Assembly: GCA_030248215.1 (NCBI GenBank)
Contig: JASANG010002125.1
Location: 124,001-188,000 of the forward strand
DNA: 64,000 bases
Direction: 5' to 3'
Origin: Enoplolaimus lenunculus
Taxonomy: Eukaryota
The notes under the pieces are model-generated. The model saw only the letters and a list, made by a program, of their open reading frames with translations, made no database searches and was not told the origin of the DNA. Within the stretch, counting starts at the first letter, position 1. Every line of letters starts with the position of its first letter. The position numbers were made by a program, and so were the translations under genes. Of the stretch, positions 27,192 through 40,100 are shown piece by piece.

Positions 27192-30100
27192 TCACATCCA
27201 ATGAGCCCATTGACAATCGCTACTCCAAGGGGTTTGGCAAACCCAGCACCACTCGTTACCGCACTGCGAACACGTCATGTGATTGCAACCGCCTGCAACA
27301 AAGCCTCAAATTTTGTCGCATAATTTCCAAGTTTCACGATGGCGCAAAGTCTCAGTTTCTAGCATCTGTTTTCTTAGTGTATGGTAATTTAGCCATTTGG
27401 ATCATCCTGTCTCTGTTTCAATTCCATCACAGAAGTCAAGTAATTATAGTATTGTAGCATTATTGCATAAAAATTGATAGACCGGCTATCCTATGACCGA
27501 GTAAAAGGGTGTGGTTGAAATTTGTGGCACTCAATCTCAAATATTATATTGTCGCTCACAAGCCCGCAAAAAACAATATCAACATAGTTCGTTCACTCTG
27601 ACACAACAAGAAACAACCTGTTTTGTATGTAGGTGATCGGCATTTGGTACACAGTTTTGAATCCGATCGCACTAACGCCACGCTTTGAAGCACTTCTCGA
27701 CGTGATTCAGTTACATTTGAATCCTACAAAAACGCCCATATTTCAGTATCGATTGCAAAACACTCATTCATTCCAGCCTAGGAATACCAGGGTGCAACCG
27801 GAATTCCGGTTCCGGCATTTTTTCACCTTCCGGTTCCATTTTGATCGGTGAAAATTAAGACATTTTACTAAAAAAGACGCTTAAAATTAAGTAAATTTCA
27901 TTCGTATAGTATATAAACCTTGACAATCGCGGAAAATAAACAATCGAAGATAGATTGCGCTTCCATGGATTATGAAAATCTAAAACATAGCAGATAAAGT
28001 GAATATCTATCTCCAACTAAAGGTTGTTTCACCAATAATATTGCAAAAACGAAAATTAAAGCGAATTTTTCGGTGGCATGTATTTTTCAAATTCCGGTTC
28101 CGGTTCTGGTAAATTGCAATTCCGGTTGCACCTGAATAATACAAACGAAAAATCAAAGATATAAAATTATGACCTTTTCGACTAAAATTGAACTCACCGC
28201 AGTAGATATAGAACAAACGCATTCGGATTTGAGCATATGACACAAAAGGCATGCAGCTGACTAAAATATTTTACACCAGTAGTAGTACTTTGGTAAGTAT
28301 ATATCATTGTTACGCGTAACAAAAACATTGTGAAAATTCTTGCACGGGAGAACTTTATAATACTCAATACTGCCAGTTTCCATTATATCAAAGTAAAACA
28401 AATATTTTTCGTCCAATCGTTGTAAGCCTCGAGCATATATTGTCCGACCAGTAAAAACGGTGCAATAAATATTCAAATACTGATGATTTCTTGTACAAAA
28501 CACCAAAAACAAACAAAACGTGTAAAACACTTGAAAACGAGTTTCGATTCCTATTGCGCAATCAACAGGAATCGGATTTTTGACATTTTAATTTTAGGCC
28601 TACTGCTTGTGATATGTTGCATAAAAATTCTTCATCATTTATGCAATGAATTGTTTTCAACAAGTTGACTTATCAATAATTGATTGCAGTTTAGCTTTAC
28701 AGAATAAAAAATGATTGCCAATTTGTTTTGCGACGTTTTTGGGAATTGTTGCCAGCCAACAGATACCCTAAACTTGTTAATACAAATTATTAGTATTGTC
28801 AAAAAATTAAAAGTTCCGATTCCGGTATAAAATTGCTGTTCCGATTTCGATATAAAATTGCTGTTCCGATTCCGGTATAAACAGGTTCCGCTTTGCACTG
28901 TGATGTTAACATACCTTACATTCTGGACAGAGCATACTGATGACGGAACTGTTGGAGTCAAATAATACTGGTGCCCCACAGTAAGGGTTTGGACAATAGT
29001 TTCCACCTTCATGCGTTATAACTGCTTCAGCTGCTTTTTCTTTGTACTTGCTGTACTGTAATTAATTGTTAACATTATAAACTACAACATAAACGCTGAG
29101 TTCAAAAGAAGTTTTTAATTAGACGTAAATTTAGAAGTGTGCGCGTACACATATTGATTCTAAGATAAGCATAAAGCTGAATACACGTTTTTAACACTAC
29201 ACACATCACCAACCATATGATTATAATTTTAAAATCAGAAGAGTCATCAACAAATATCAGAATTGTAATAATTTTACTCACTCACAAATTCATGCCCAAT
29301 TATACGAAAATGATGTGGATCACGAATACATGAATTTGAGCATCCAACAGGGCAATCAATAGTATAACCAAACTTAGAATCAAGCCGAAATCGTTTCTGC
29401 TCAAACTCGGCAACAGCATAAGCGCGAAAACAGTCCAGACATGCTATATGAGCATTGCTGCATAAAAATCGTATCACAGGAGATCTGCAAACAACCCATA
29501 AGCATAAGACCTAACAAAACACAGTGGCTATAGGTTGATTCTTTCCCTTCTTGATAGTATTACCAAAACTATGTAAATCGGTATTTCAGTAGTTCAAACT
29601 TTTTACGAATCCAACGTCTATTACATTCTATGTGTTGATGAATAGAGTTGACACATTTCAAAAGCAATAAACGAATCCGCAATTTTCGTTAGTCTAATAA
29701 TGGTAGATTAACGATTTCTTTGAAAGTCAAACATCGAATGACAATGTTAGTCAATGATAAGCAGCGAAATTAATTTGCAATTTTTCCTTATAATAATGCT
29801 AATAAATAATATAAGGTTTGGAGACTTAAGATTACTTAAGAAACTCTACGCTGAGTAAACGTTACGTACAAAAATAGTCATTTTATTTTGAGTTAAAAAA
29901 GAATCACCACAATAAATTAACAGAGATTAATTGGAAATTCCGGTTCCCGTAAACACGTTGAAGTTTAACTCCGATACCGGTCAGTCTATTCCTACTGGAA
30001 CCCTAATAATTAATCCCTTCTGGTAATCCCAATTTCTACACTAATTGGTCAAAAAATTCCTTCCACCCTATCGGCAAAATTTTCGACCCCAAAATTAAAA

Positions 30101-33100
30101 TGTGGAATGGTCACATAGAAATTGTTTTCCTAACTTTATAGCATCACAAATTGAGCAAATAATGTTCCCAGGGTTGTCTTTAACGTGCAGCAATGGAACT
30201 GGATCACACGACGTGAATTCCAATGTTTCTGGGAGCTTTAACTTCTATAGCAAACAAAATTAGAATGTATAAAATCTCAAACACAATATAAAAATACAGG
30301 GATTCAAAAATACTTATCAGATTGAAAAAAAATCGCTTCAAACTTTACCATTTGATTGTACGTATCAAAGTGCAAAGTGAAATTCTGCTTTCCATTTTAA
30401 ATTCAGCATTTAAATACACTAATTCACATGTATATCTTCTCATTACGCAGTTACAAACTCGTTAACGTAAAAGACTCCCTTTCACCATTGAGCTTCCAAA
30501 CACAAACACACACATATATCCATACGTATTATTAAAGCTGGAGCGCCCAACATACGTATTTTGGGAAGCGTTCCAGCAAATTCATGTTCGTGTGGGGTAT
30601 GCAAACTAGTTAATATGATTTTTGCAAAGTTCTAAGTTGAACACTTTTTCGCTCCAACCTGTTCTCGACAGTTGCATGCTGTTTACACTGTCTAAAGATT
30701 TTGCCTCAAGTAAAACGTCTTAATTTGGGACGTGTATTCTCCAGTCAGGAGCGAAATGGATAATTTAATTTTAGTCAAGTTTGATAATGAATGCTGACTC
30801 TAAAATGCGTACAGTTAAATTTGATCTGGTCATTGACATTTATTAATCGAAAAACCAGTTGGTTTACAACGGTGATTATGCGATTAACAATGTTCGGAAA
30901 TGGCTGAATTTAATTTAAACAAGACGTTAGTGGGAAGAAACGTTCGATCCGAAATGTTACGATGAGTCGTCCAAATACTGCGAAGTAATTGACGACTGGT
31001 GAAACCAATACAGTTAGGCTCTCAGCTGAATATGTATATTTATAAACTACATTGGAACGAAGCATATCTGGAATCTTAACTGTGAATTTAAAGAATGAAA
31101 CTCCGTTACTATGGTTTCGAAAAAGAATTCGAATAACAAAATTATATTCTAAAAATCATTGTCTAAATAATTTATTGAGATTACGATTTTATATACCTTT
31201 TGCGTAAGCATGTACGCGGGAGTCGTTTTATCATATCACGTCTAGTTACTCTTTGCTTATACTTCCATTTTTGAAGCTACGCTAATGCTTCAGTTATCTG
31301 CTATATCGGTACAGCGATACTTTGCCTATTTCAGTTTAATAAACTTACTGCGCTGCGCTGGAATTCTGGCTAAAATTGTGCCACACGACATTTTGCTTAA
31401 ACAAGTGTAGAAAAAGTCACTGCAGTACTGTTGTGCTTAAAACACAAGCTTACACAATTGTAAAGTTTTGTACCGTGAACACGTTCATCAACGGTTTATT
31501 TATTGGTGTTTGGCTATATATACACTATATAAACTCACGGCAAGACCAGAAGCACAGTTCGAAGCACTGCACTCTATTTGTTTCGATGACTGCTCTAATA
31601 ACATCACTTTGTTATCATTTTCCTTAAACGCAAAATCAGTGTTTCGTTATGTACCGCGAACGAAACTGGGCTATAAAACTCGTTTGAATACGTACTGTAG
31701 TACGTACAACTTTAAGTTCCCTAAAGTAGCTTACCTACAGAAAAATAATACTAAGAAAAGCTATTGTTAGTATTGTCGAAATTATGCTGTCATCATAACA
31801 TATAAAACCAGCTAAACAGCCAAACACCAAATAGAACAGCCACCCCAATACATAAAGTATTTTATACACCACAATATCTGAGTATGCATACGTCATTAAA
31901 CAATAGCCGAATGTCGTTAGAACCACACTGTCGGCATGCAATTTCTGCATCGACTATTTCAAGATAACCGGTACTAAAAAGACAGTAGCATTTCAATGAT
32001 GGCATCAAGTTGAATCATACTACATAAATATAATACACATAATAAATATTATAAAAACCTGTAAACCTGAAAAATTAATAATTTGGGGGACTAAACTGTG
32101 TGTCGTTATAATTTTTATTTATAAAATATTTGTAAACCTTCAGAAGCGATAAATAAGTTATTAGCTAATATCTAATTTGCATATTTGCTTAATTGGTTAA
32201 GCCTAAATTATGACTGTGACATGCAGATGCATGGAGGCAAATTGAAACCTCATGCTAATGCTGCACATCGGTAAAACGTTGATGCATATGTAGTGCCTTC
32301 ATATGCAAAAGCGGTAAAAACATGAAAGAACCAAGATACATGTGTATGTTGAGGCTCTTCTAAGGCATAAATATAAAAAACTCAGCAGTTGATTGTGAGG
32401 CGGCGAGGTTCAGTGGATAGCGTGCGGGACTGATAATATGTCGACCGAGTTCAAAACCTCCTGGGAACGTGCCTCATTTTCAGCTGCTACGTAACTGAGA
32501 ACTAAAAACCGTCGTATCCCAGCCTACCCAACTTATCACATGGTGACCACGATGGGACCTCAGTGGCAAACTGCCGCGGTAGAACTAAAATTACATAAGT
32601 TGGCGTTTAAGGGACGACCTAATAGAAAAACCGGGGTATGTGACATGCGGATGCATGGAGGCAAAATGAAACCTCACGCTAATTCTGCACATCGGTAAAA
32701 CGTTGATGCATATATAGTGCCTTCATATGCAAAAGCGGTAAAACATGGAAGAACCAAGATACATGTGTACGTTGAGGTTCTTGTAAGGCATATAAAAAAG
32801 AAAAACTCAGCAGTTGATTGTGAGGCGGCGTGGCTCACTGGATAGCGCGCTGGACTGACAATCTGTCGACCAAGTTCAAAACCTCCTGGGAACGCGCTTC
32901 ATTTTCAGTTGCTAACTCAGAACTAAAAACCGTCGTACCCTAGCCTACCCAACTTATCACAGTGACTTTTTAAATTTCACTAATTAATATTAGGGTTACA
33001 AGCGATCTTTCAGCAGTAAAGCGTTTTTGGATTCGAGGAATCTTAATAGTTAGCTAATACCTAATTTGCATATTTGCATAATTGATAAGCCTAAATTAAA

Positions 33101-33646
33101 TTTTTTTTGCAATATTTCACTAATTATTATTGTTTTGAAGGGTTTTGGGTGCGAGGAATCTGAATACATTGTTTACAAACCTTCACAACCAATAAATGGT
33201 TATGTAATACTAAATTTGCATATTAGCTTATTTGCATAAGTGTGTTCAAGCTGCGCTCAATACATGTAGTCCAACTACGACTGGTAGATTATGCGGATTA
33301 TTTACGATACCGTCAGCAGAGTTTGGCTTATTTGAGAAAGCACTGACACTTCTAGCTATGTAAATACTTATATCAAATTACAAAAATTAGCTGACCTTTC
33401 CAATAAATCACAGGAGTTGAATAACGATAGGTTGGAAGTTATACACCTAAATCCTGTTGTCCATGTCAAATGGCAATATTCTTCATCATGAATTGTAATT
33501 GATAATAAAGTGAAGCAAGTAAAAAAAGGTAGCTTCAGTCTTATAGGAATATACTTATGCTACTGGTACGGTCCTACACATTGGCCAAAACTTTTGTACC
33601 AATGTATTTGAAGTAGATGTGAAGAAACAACTGAAGTGAGCGACAT
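27192..33646 (-). CDS. PRKN: Parkin-like RBR E3 ubiquitin ligase (RING0-RING1-IBR-RING2), divergent; N-terminus and one internal junction uncertain
   Basis: Phase-consistent exons 33646-33600, 33446-33396, 31973-31892, 31622-31539, [unresolved 31500-30300, probable mini-exon near 30691-30659 QCKQH], 30244-30135, 29484-29286, 29055-28915, 28260-28198, 27723-27618, 27292-27192. RING1 CSICDA..HIACLDCF..GYTIDCPVGCSNSCIRDPHHFRIIG; IBR GGNYCPNPYCGA..CPEC; RING2 CTKC..KTGGCNHMTCSQCGNEWCWVC..W..DCQWAHW. Confidence 0.88.
27788..28134. mobile_element. hAT-like MITE (CAGGGTGCAACCGGAATT family) in a parkin-like intron
   Basis: cagggtgcaaccggaattccggttccggc...attccggttgcacctg; homologous to 42283-42655 and about 34713-35110. 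Confidence 0.8.
32214..32960 (+). mobile_element. Tandemly repeated tRNA-derived SINE-like element (about 425-bp period)
   Basis: 32214-32538 is repeated at about 32639-32960. Each unit has a tRNA-like head (tggctcactgg A-box-like, gttcaaaacc B-box-like) preceded by an A-rich tract. Confidence 0.65.
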
Positions 33647-34183
33647 GTTTCGATACCGGATTGATACCTTTGGTGTTTGCCCGTATTCGTCAATGTGTGT
33701 AGCGTCTTTCAGCAGTTGGTGATAGATTGTGTAATCTTCAAATCAGTAAACGGCATGCTTCGAAATTCACCACATTTTGCAGATTTTTTTAGCCCCCGTC
33801 TCTGCAACTTATTAGTTCCACAAGTGCAGGACCTTGCTAGTTTAAAAATATTCACTAACTGTAACTGGTGATAGGTGCTATACACATTTGAGTATATGGC
33901 CCTTGTTCCTACTCGGAACGGAAGTTATTTTTGTTTAAAAACGTGGCTAGTACTAGGTAAATTACCGCTGTTATGCTGGGTCGCCAGATTAGAGTATATA
34001 ATATACTAAAAAATTTTATTTCCTTAGGCCTATTTAAGGTTGGTTATGTATATTCAAATAATTTTAAATGCCAAGACTTTTTGACCAATTAAATATGATA
34101 TTTTTAAACTTTTAGTCGACTTAGATTGCTCTTCTGCAACCGTCCAGTGTGGTTTTTAAGTATATAACAGTTTTAGTTAAAAA

Positions 34184-37100
34184 ATGCCAGGAAACGACGA
34201 AGTTAACAGCCACCACGTCGATGCATCAAATAGGATCACTTCGGTAATTGTTTTTTCGCACGGTGGACCGCACGCAGTGTTGTAGTAATGGTTGCATTTG
34301 TGTGACATATAGCGATTGACCAGATAGCCGGTTTAATATCTGGCAAAAAACCGACATACGCGTTTGTTACGGTATTCGGTATAAACCTACCGTTGTGATT
34401 CCGAATATCAGAACACTAACTTTTATGTAATATCATCAGGGTGCGACCGGAAACCAAAAAGATGCGCTGGCCTCGGTCTCGGTCTTTTTTGTCGCGGTAG
34501 GTTTCAAACTGAGCGCAATGGAAAAAACAAGTTCCCGTTTTTCTGCTCAAAGTTCACAGTAAATAGATTGCCACGCTTGTTTTGGTTGAACATAAAATTT
34601 TGCAGTAGTTTTTTTATTTAATTTTAAAAATTAAGTGGCTTGGGAATAAATAAGTTTCCTGAAATACGGTACCACATCCGGGGTAAACCTACCGGATCCA
34701 TATATATCAGGGTCAGGGCGCAAGCGGAATTCCGGTTCCGACATTTTTTCAGATTTTCTTCCGGTTCCGGCAAATTTTTATTGGAACTAAAAATTCCGGT
34801 ATTAAAATTTGGTAGGTGGAAATTAAGATATTTTACTAAAAAATGACGATAAAAATTAAACAGATTGCATTTGTATTGTATATAAACCTTGACAATCGCC
34901 GAAAATAAACCATCGAAGATAGATTAAAATCTAAAATACAGCAGTTAAAGTGAATACCTATCTCCAGCTACGGTTATTTCACCAATAATATTGCAAAAAA
35001 GAAAATTAAAAGAATTTTTCGGTGTCATGTATTTTTCATTTTCCGGTTCCGTTTCCTGTAAATTTTTTCAAATTCCGGTTCCGGTAAATTGTAATTCCGG
35101 CAGCACGCTAATCAGGATTCTAACAGGAGCTAAATTTTGCCGGAACTCGAGCAGGAATTAAATTTTGGTGCAGGAACCGGAACAAAAACAGGAACCGGGA
35201 TTTTAAATAATTTACGTCACCGAATTACTGTTGGACTTTTTTGAAAATTAACAAAAGTTACGTAAAATGTTCGGCTGTAATTCGGTGATGAAAATTCTTT
35301 CAAATTCCGGTTCCTGTACCTGTTCCTGTAAAGGGATTCAATTCCTGTTCCTGTTCCAACAAGCCTTAGTTCCTGCTCTGTTCTTGGAACCCTGCACGGC
35401 CGGTCTCTGTAGTCAAGCCTCGGTTTCGGTTTGCAACCTAGACTGCCTATCCCTACTGCTAGGTGACTTGAAACTGCTTATCTGGCGATACTAATTCAGA
35501 GGACTCACAAGTGCTGTCATAATATCAAACAAACTAACAAAACTTTTATATATACTTTTTTAACATGATATAGGGTGATAGACTATGTAGTATAAATTTG
35601 ATAGATAACAAACATATAAACTTTTGTATCGTTGAACATTTTTTTTTATTTGTATCATTCAGTCAGACAAACAGCTAGATGAGTGTGAAGCTGATGCGGC
35701 ATGGGAACAATGTGTTGATAAGAACGAGCGTCATATTTCGGAAAACGGAGTTACTCCTGAGAATGAAGAAGAAACAATGACTCTGTCTGAGGTAAATCCT
35801 ATATATTACATGCATATATCAGAGTTCCACCGGAACTCCTGTTGCTGTTCCTGCATTGAAACATTTAGGAACAGAAATTTTTACGGTTTTCTGGCAAACT
35901 ATTTATAATTTTAAATATTGGAAACTTTGGTTTTGAAAAATTGTTATTTCGAAATGAGCGTTATATGTTCATTATCCAGTTGTTTCTAAATTTCATAAAA
36001 CTGCTTTTTTGCAGGTGAGCGTTTTTAACATCTTGCTGAGATTGCGTTTTTAAACAAGTCAAGAACTTCATGTCAAGCTAACTAGGGATGGGCCGATTAA
36101 TCGGCATCGGCAATAATCGGCACTTTTCGTGAGTATCGGCGTCGGCACGGCAAAAAAATTACCCATTCTTTGCCGATACTTTTTGCACTTATAACAGTCA
36201 GTTGGAATAATATCAGTTTCATTTCTGAGCGCATACTGTGTGTCTGTTCAGGAATCCTGTTATCTCTTTTGTGTTTGTGTTTGAAAAAATTAATTGAAAT
36301 AAACTGTTCTTATAGGTTATGATTTAAGTCTTCATATAATGAAGTAATGTAGTATCCTGTCTGTTTATTAAGTGTGGTATACTGTAGTTGGAATCGGCAT
36401 CATCCCTAAAGCTAACAATCAATTGTATACTTTTAATTCAATGAACATAATATGTTTGCGCGACCCAAATACTTCAAACTCAGCAAATTTTTAGATGATG
36501 TATCTGCGCAGAATTTATTGAATATCACCAGTTAATGAGGTTTTGAAACAAAAACATTAACACGAGCTATTTAATGGTGGTTATGTTTGTTACAGATAAT
36601 TGAAGAAGAAGATAGGCTCATTCACGACAGCCATGCATTGCTGGGCGGTTTTAAAGATAACGAGTGCACTTATTCGAACGTATGTTGGAACACTACGGGT
36701 TTATATTTCAAGGTTGCTAAAGCATATCTCCAAAAGCTGTGTTGATTTAGTTTCCAATTTCGAATGTTTTTAAACTCAATTTAAGTACTACGTAAATCTT
36801 ATGTACTTTGATTAAACTATTTTAAGGGATATCTCAGACGTCAGCCGATTTATTCGTGCATCACTTGTGTCACACATGATATGGAGCCAGCTGGGATTTG
36901 TTTTGGTTGCAGTATGCAATGCCACGACGGACACGAAATGATTGAGTTGTATTCCAAGCGGTATGAATGTTATACGTATATATGTTAACGTAGGGTGGCA
37001 CCTAAAGTTCGGATTCAGCAAAAATTTGTGGTTCTTATTCGGTTAGTAAAACCGAATCCAAAACCTAATCCAACAATGTTCGTCAATATTTTTTTTATTT

Positions 37101-40100
37101 TTAAGCAATAAAAAAAATTTAACAACTCGTTATATAAATTAATGTTTTTTGTTTCAGGTCACAAATTTCAGCACCGAGGTCTCGCATGAAATAATTGCGT
37201 TTGCGAAACCGTAAATTTGCTGTAATAATCAATGTTATTAATTTTGTAGGTCGAAAACCAATGTTCAGATTTCATTAAGTAGCTATTCTAAAACATTATT
37301 GATGTATGTATCGAAAATTTGTAAAGTGCAAGATTCGGATTTGGCTTATGAACAATGGATTCGGATTTAGCAAATTAACAGTTCCGATTCCGATTGCACA
37401 ATTAATCGGAATTTTGAAAATATTAGTTTTAATCAAGGTGCGACTGGATACCGGATACAGGATATTTGCGGTTGACATATACAATATCCGATTCCTGAAT
37501 ATCCGATTCCTGTTCTGGTAAAAAATTAATGTCTGTGTCCAGTTCCGGTGTCCGGTAAATTAATATCCGGTCGTACTCTGATTTTAATCGTACTTTTGAA
37601 ATGTTGCGTATAAATTCTGTATCATTTATCTATTAACTTGATTTTGATGAGTTAACTTATCAAAAATTGATTGTAGTTTAGCTTTACAGAACCATCACGC
37701 GACCTTTTCAAAAGTTGTTGCCAGTCAACAGACACTAAATCAGTGTTATATTTGGCAATAAAAATTATTCGCACAGTCACAAAATTTCTAACTCCGATTT
37801 CGGTTTAAATTTGCTGTTTCGATTTCGATATAATCCAACTCCGCTTTGCATCAATTTTGGACGTAAATTAGTCAGAAAGACGGTGTAAAAAATTTTGTTT
37901 TGTAGGAAATTTCGTTGCGATTGTGGAAACGACAAATTTCCAAAATTCAAATGTCAGCTGCAAGTGGTATGTTCAAATTTGTTCTTGTTTTTTAAATTCT
38001 TTCTCTACTGATTTAATGGCTGTAAGTTTAAACTTAACCGTTTAGTAATATGTACTTACTGCTTGCTGACCGGTTATTGATTATGGTAATAGTTTCAGGA
38101 GAAAGATTCTATTAATAGTGACAATATGTATGGTCAGAATTTCCGCGGTAAATACTGCACGTGTTCGCGACCATATCCCGATCTCGAAAACGACGATGAG
38201 ACTCCGATGTATCAGTGCACTGTTTGCGAGGATTGGTTTCATGAAATTGTGAGTCATTTGTATATATTTCTGGCTTCTCCACAGCTTGAAAACCTGGGGG
38301 GCAGCTATTTTTGCTGGGGGGCAGTTTTCCTGGGGCCCCCAGATGATCTGGGGGGCAGGCTTAAAATTTTGCAAGCCGACTTTTTGGACCATTTTTTTTT
38401 ATTCTAGGTCGTGTTTCCAACTCAACTGAAGATTACTCATCGCTCAACATGACAAAAATTCCCCGCAAACGCTAATAACAATAATTTTAACTAATATTAC
38501 TGACAACTTTACCAGAAGTTGAAAGAAGCACAATTATATAAAATATAGATAATCTATAATTGAAACTGTGATTAACATATATTTTATATATTAGTCACAG
38601 CTTCAGTTTATTATAAGGCTCAGGCGGGTTGAACTTGTTGCTGCAAGGTACTTTCGAATGCTGTATGCCCTGAAACGGTCTTTATATAATTGTGCTTTGT
38701 TCAGTTCATTATTGAATTGTACTAGTTACTACCGGTATTTGTAACGCTATTAAAAAATTATGAGTACTCAGCGTAATATAAAATCACATTTTGCCGATTA
38801 TCCGCCTCAAAAAAGTCCAGGTCTTTATCTTTTAACATTGAAAATTTTTGGCTTAGAAAAGTCCTGGGGGCCCCAGCAAAAAATTTGCTGGGGGGCGGCC
38901 GAAAATTCGCCGGGGGGCCTTTCCTGGGGGCGGCAAAATTTTCGCCGGGGGAAAATGAAAATTTCGAAATGTGCTGGGGCCCCCCGCCTCCCCCCCGCTG
39001 TGGAGAAGCCAGTATGTATTAACCAATGAAGGTGTATATCATTTTATTTTGCTGAGGCTGCATGACGGACAAGTGTGTTTACACCATGAAGGAGCTCCTG
39101 GTAAAATCAAACTAATAATGTGGAAGTGTAGTTTTCGTTTGTCTTGAGCCGCCGGTGGCAAATAGTGTTTTTCAGCATGCAGTATTTTCTTTGTAAAAGC
39201 CTTAGTTATAGGGATGTGCTGATACGAAAATCTTCACCGATGTCGATTCTTATTTTAAGATCTTGCCAAACCAAAGCCGATATCGATTCCAACATTAGTA
39301 CACCATGCTTAGTAAACAGATAGGATACTACATTACATCATTATATGAAGACTTAAACCCTAACCATCACGAACGATTATAATTTTATAAGAACGTTTCA
39401 TTTCAATTAATTTTTTCAAACACAAACGCAATTAGAGATAACAGTTTTCCCAGACACTTTTATATGCGCTCAGAAATGAAATTGATACCATTTAAACTGA
39501 TTGTTGTGTGCAAAAAGTATCGGCAATTTTTTGCAGTGCCGATGCCGATAATTACGAACGAGGAGTGCCTATTATTGCCGATTTCGATTAATCGGCACAT
39601 CAATACTTAGTGATGTTGTATAGTTACTAGTTAATTGTATTTATTTGATATTCGTAGCTGCAAAGTTGTTTACTTTCACTACAGCTACGCCAACATATGT
39701 TTTTTAAGCAAACTAAACTTTTACGTTAGAAAATTCAAAGTTTTCGTTTATCGATGAAAGATCTTAAACCGGATTCAAATATCCGTGCGCAATCTGCTGC
39801 TGGTATCTATAAATACTGCAAATAATTTTATTTTTCAGCACTTGAATCTCGCAGAAAATGAATACATTCCGAAAGAACACGCTGAAATTATCTGTTCTGG
39901 ATGCATGACCAAGTTTCCATTTTTAAGAAAATATAGCATCTCTTCTGCTAAGAAGCCCGTTTGTGATCTAAGTACGCTTGTTATAGTGAATAATTAAGCA
40001 ATGATAATATTATTGTTGTGTCTAAAAATTGTCTGTTTTAATATCAGCATATATTTAGGTAGTTAATTTAGGTTTACAACTGACTCACTAGTTGCGATTG

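Noticed and set aside
31735..31950. Hydrophobic 71-aa minus-strand ORF resembling a small membrane protein
   Set aside because: It overlaps a parkin-like RING0 exon in another frame and runs into T-rich intron sequence.
32399..32470. Functional tRNA gene
   Set aside because: No convincing acceptor or T stems, the two copies diverge and it is embedded in a longer repeat; treated as a SINE-like head.
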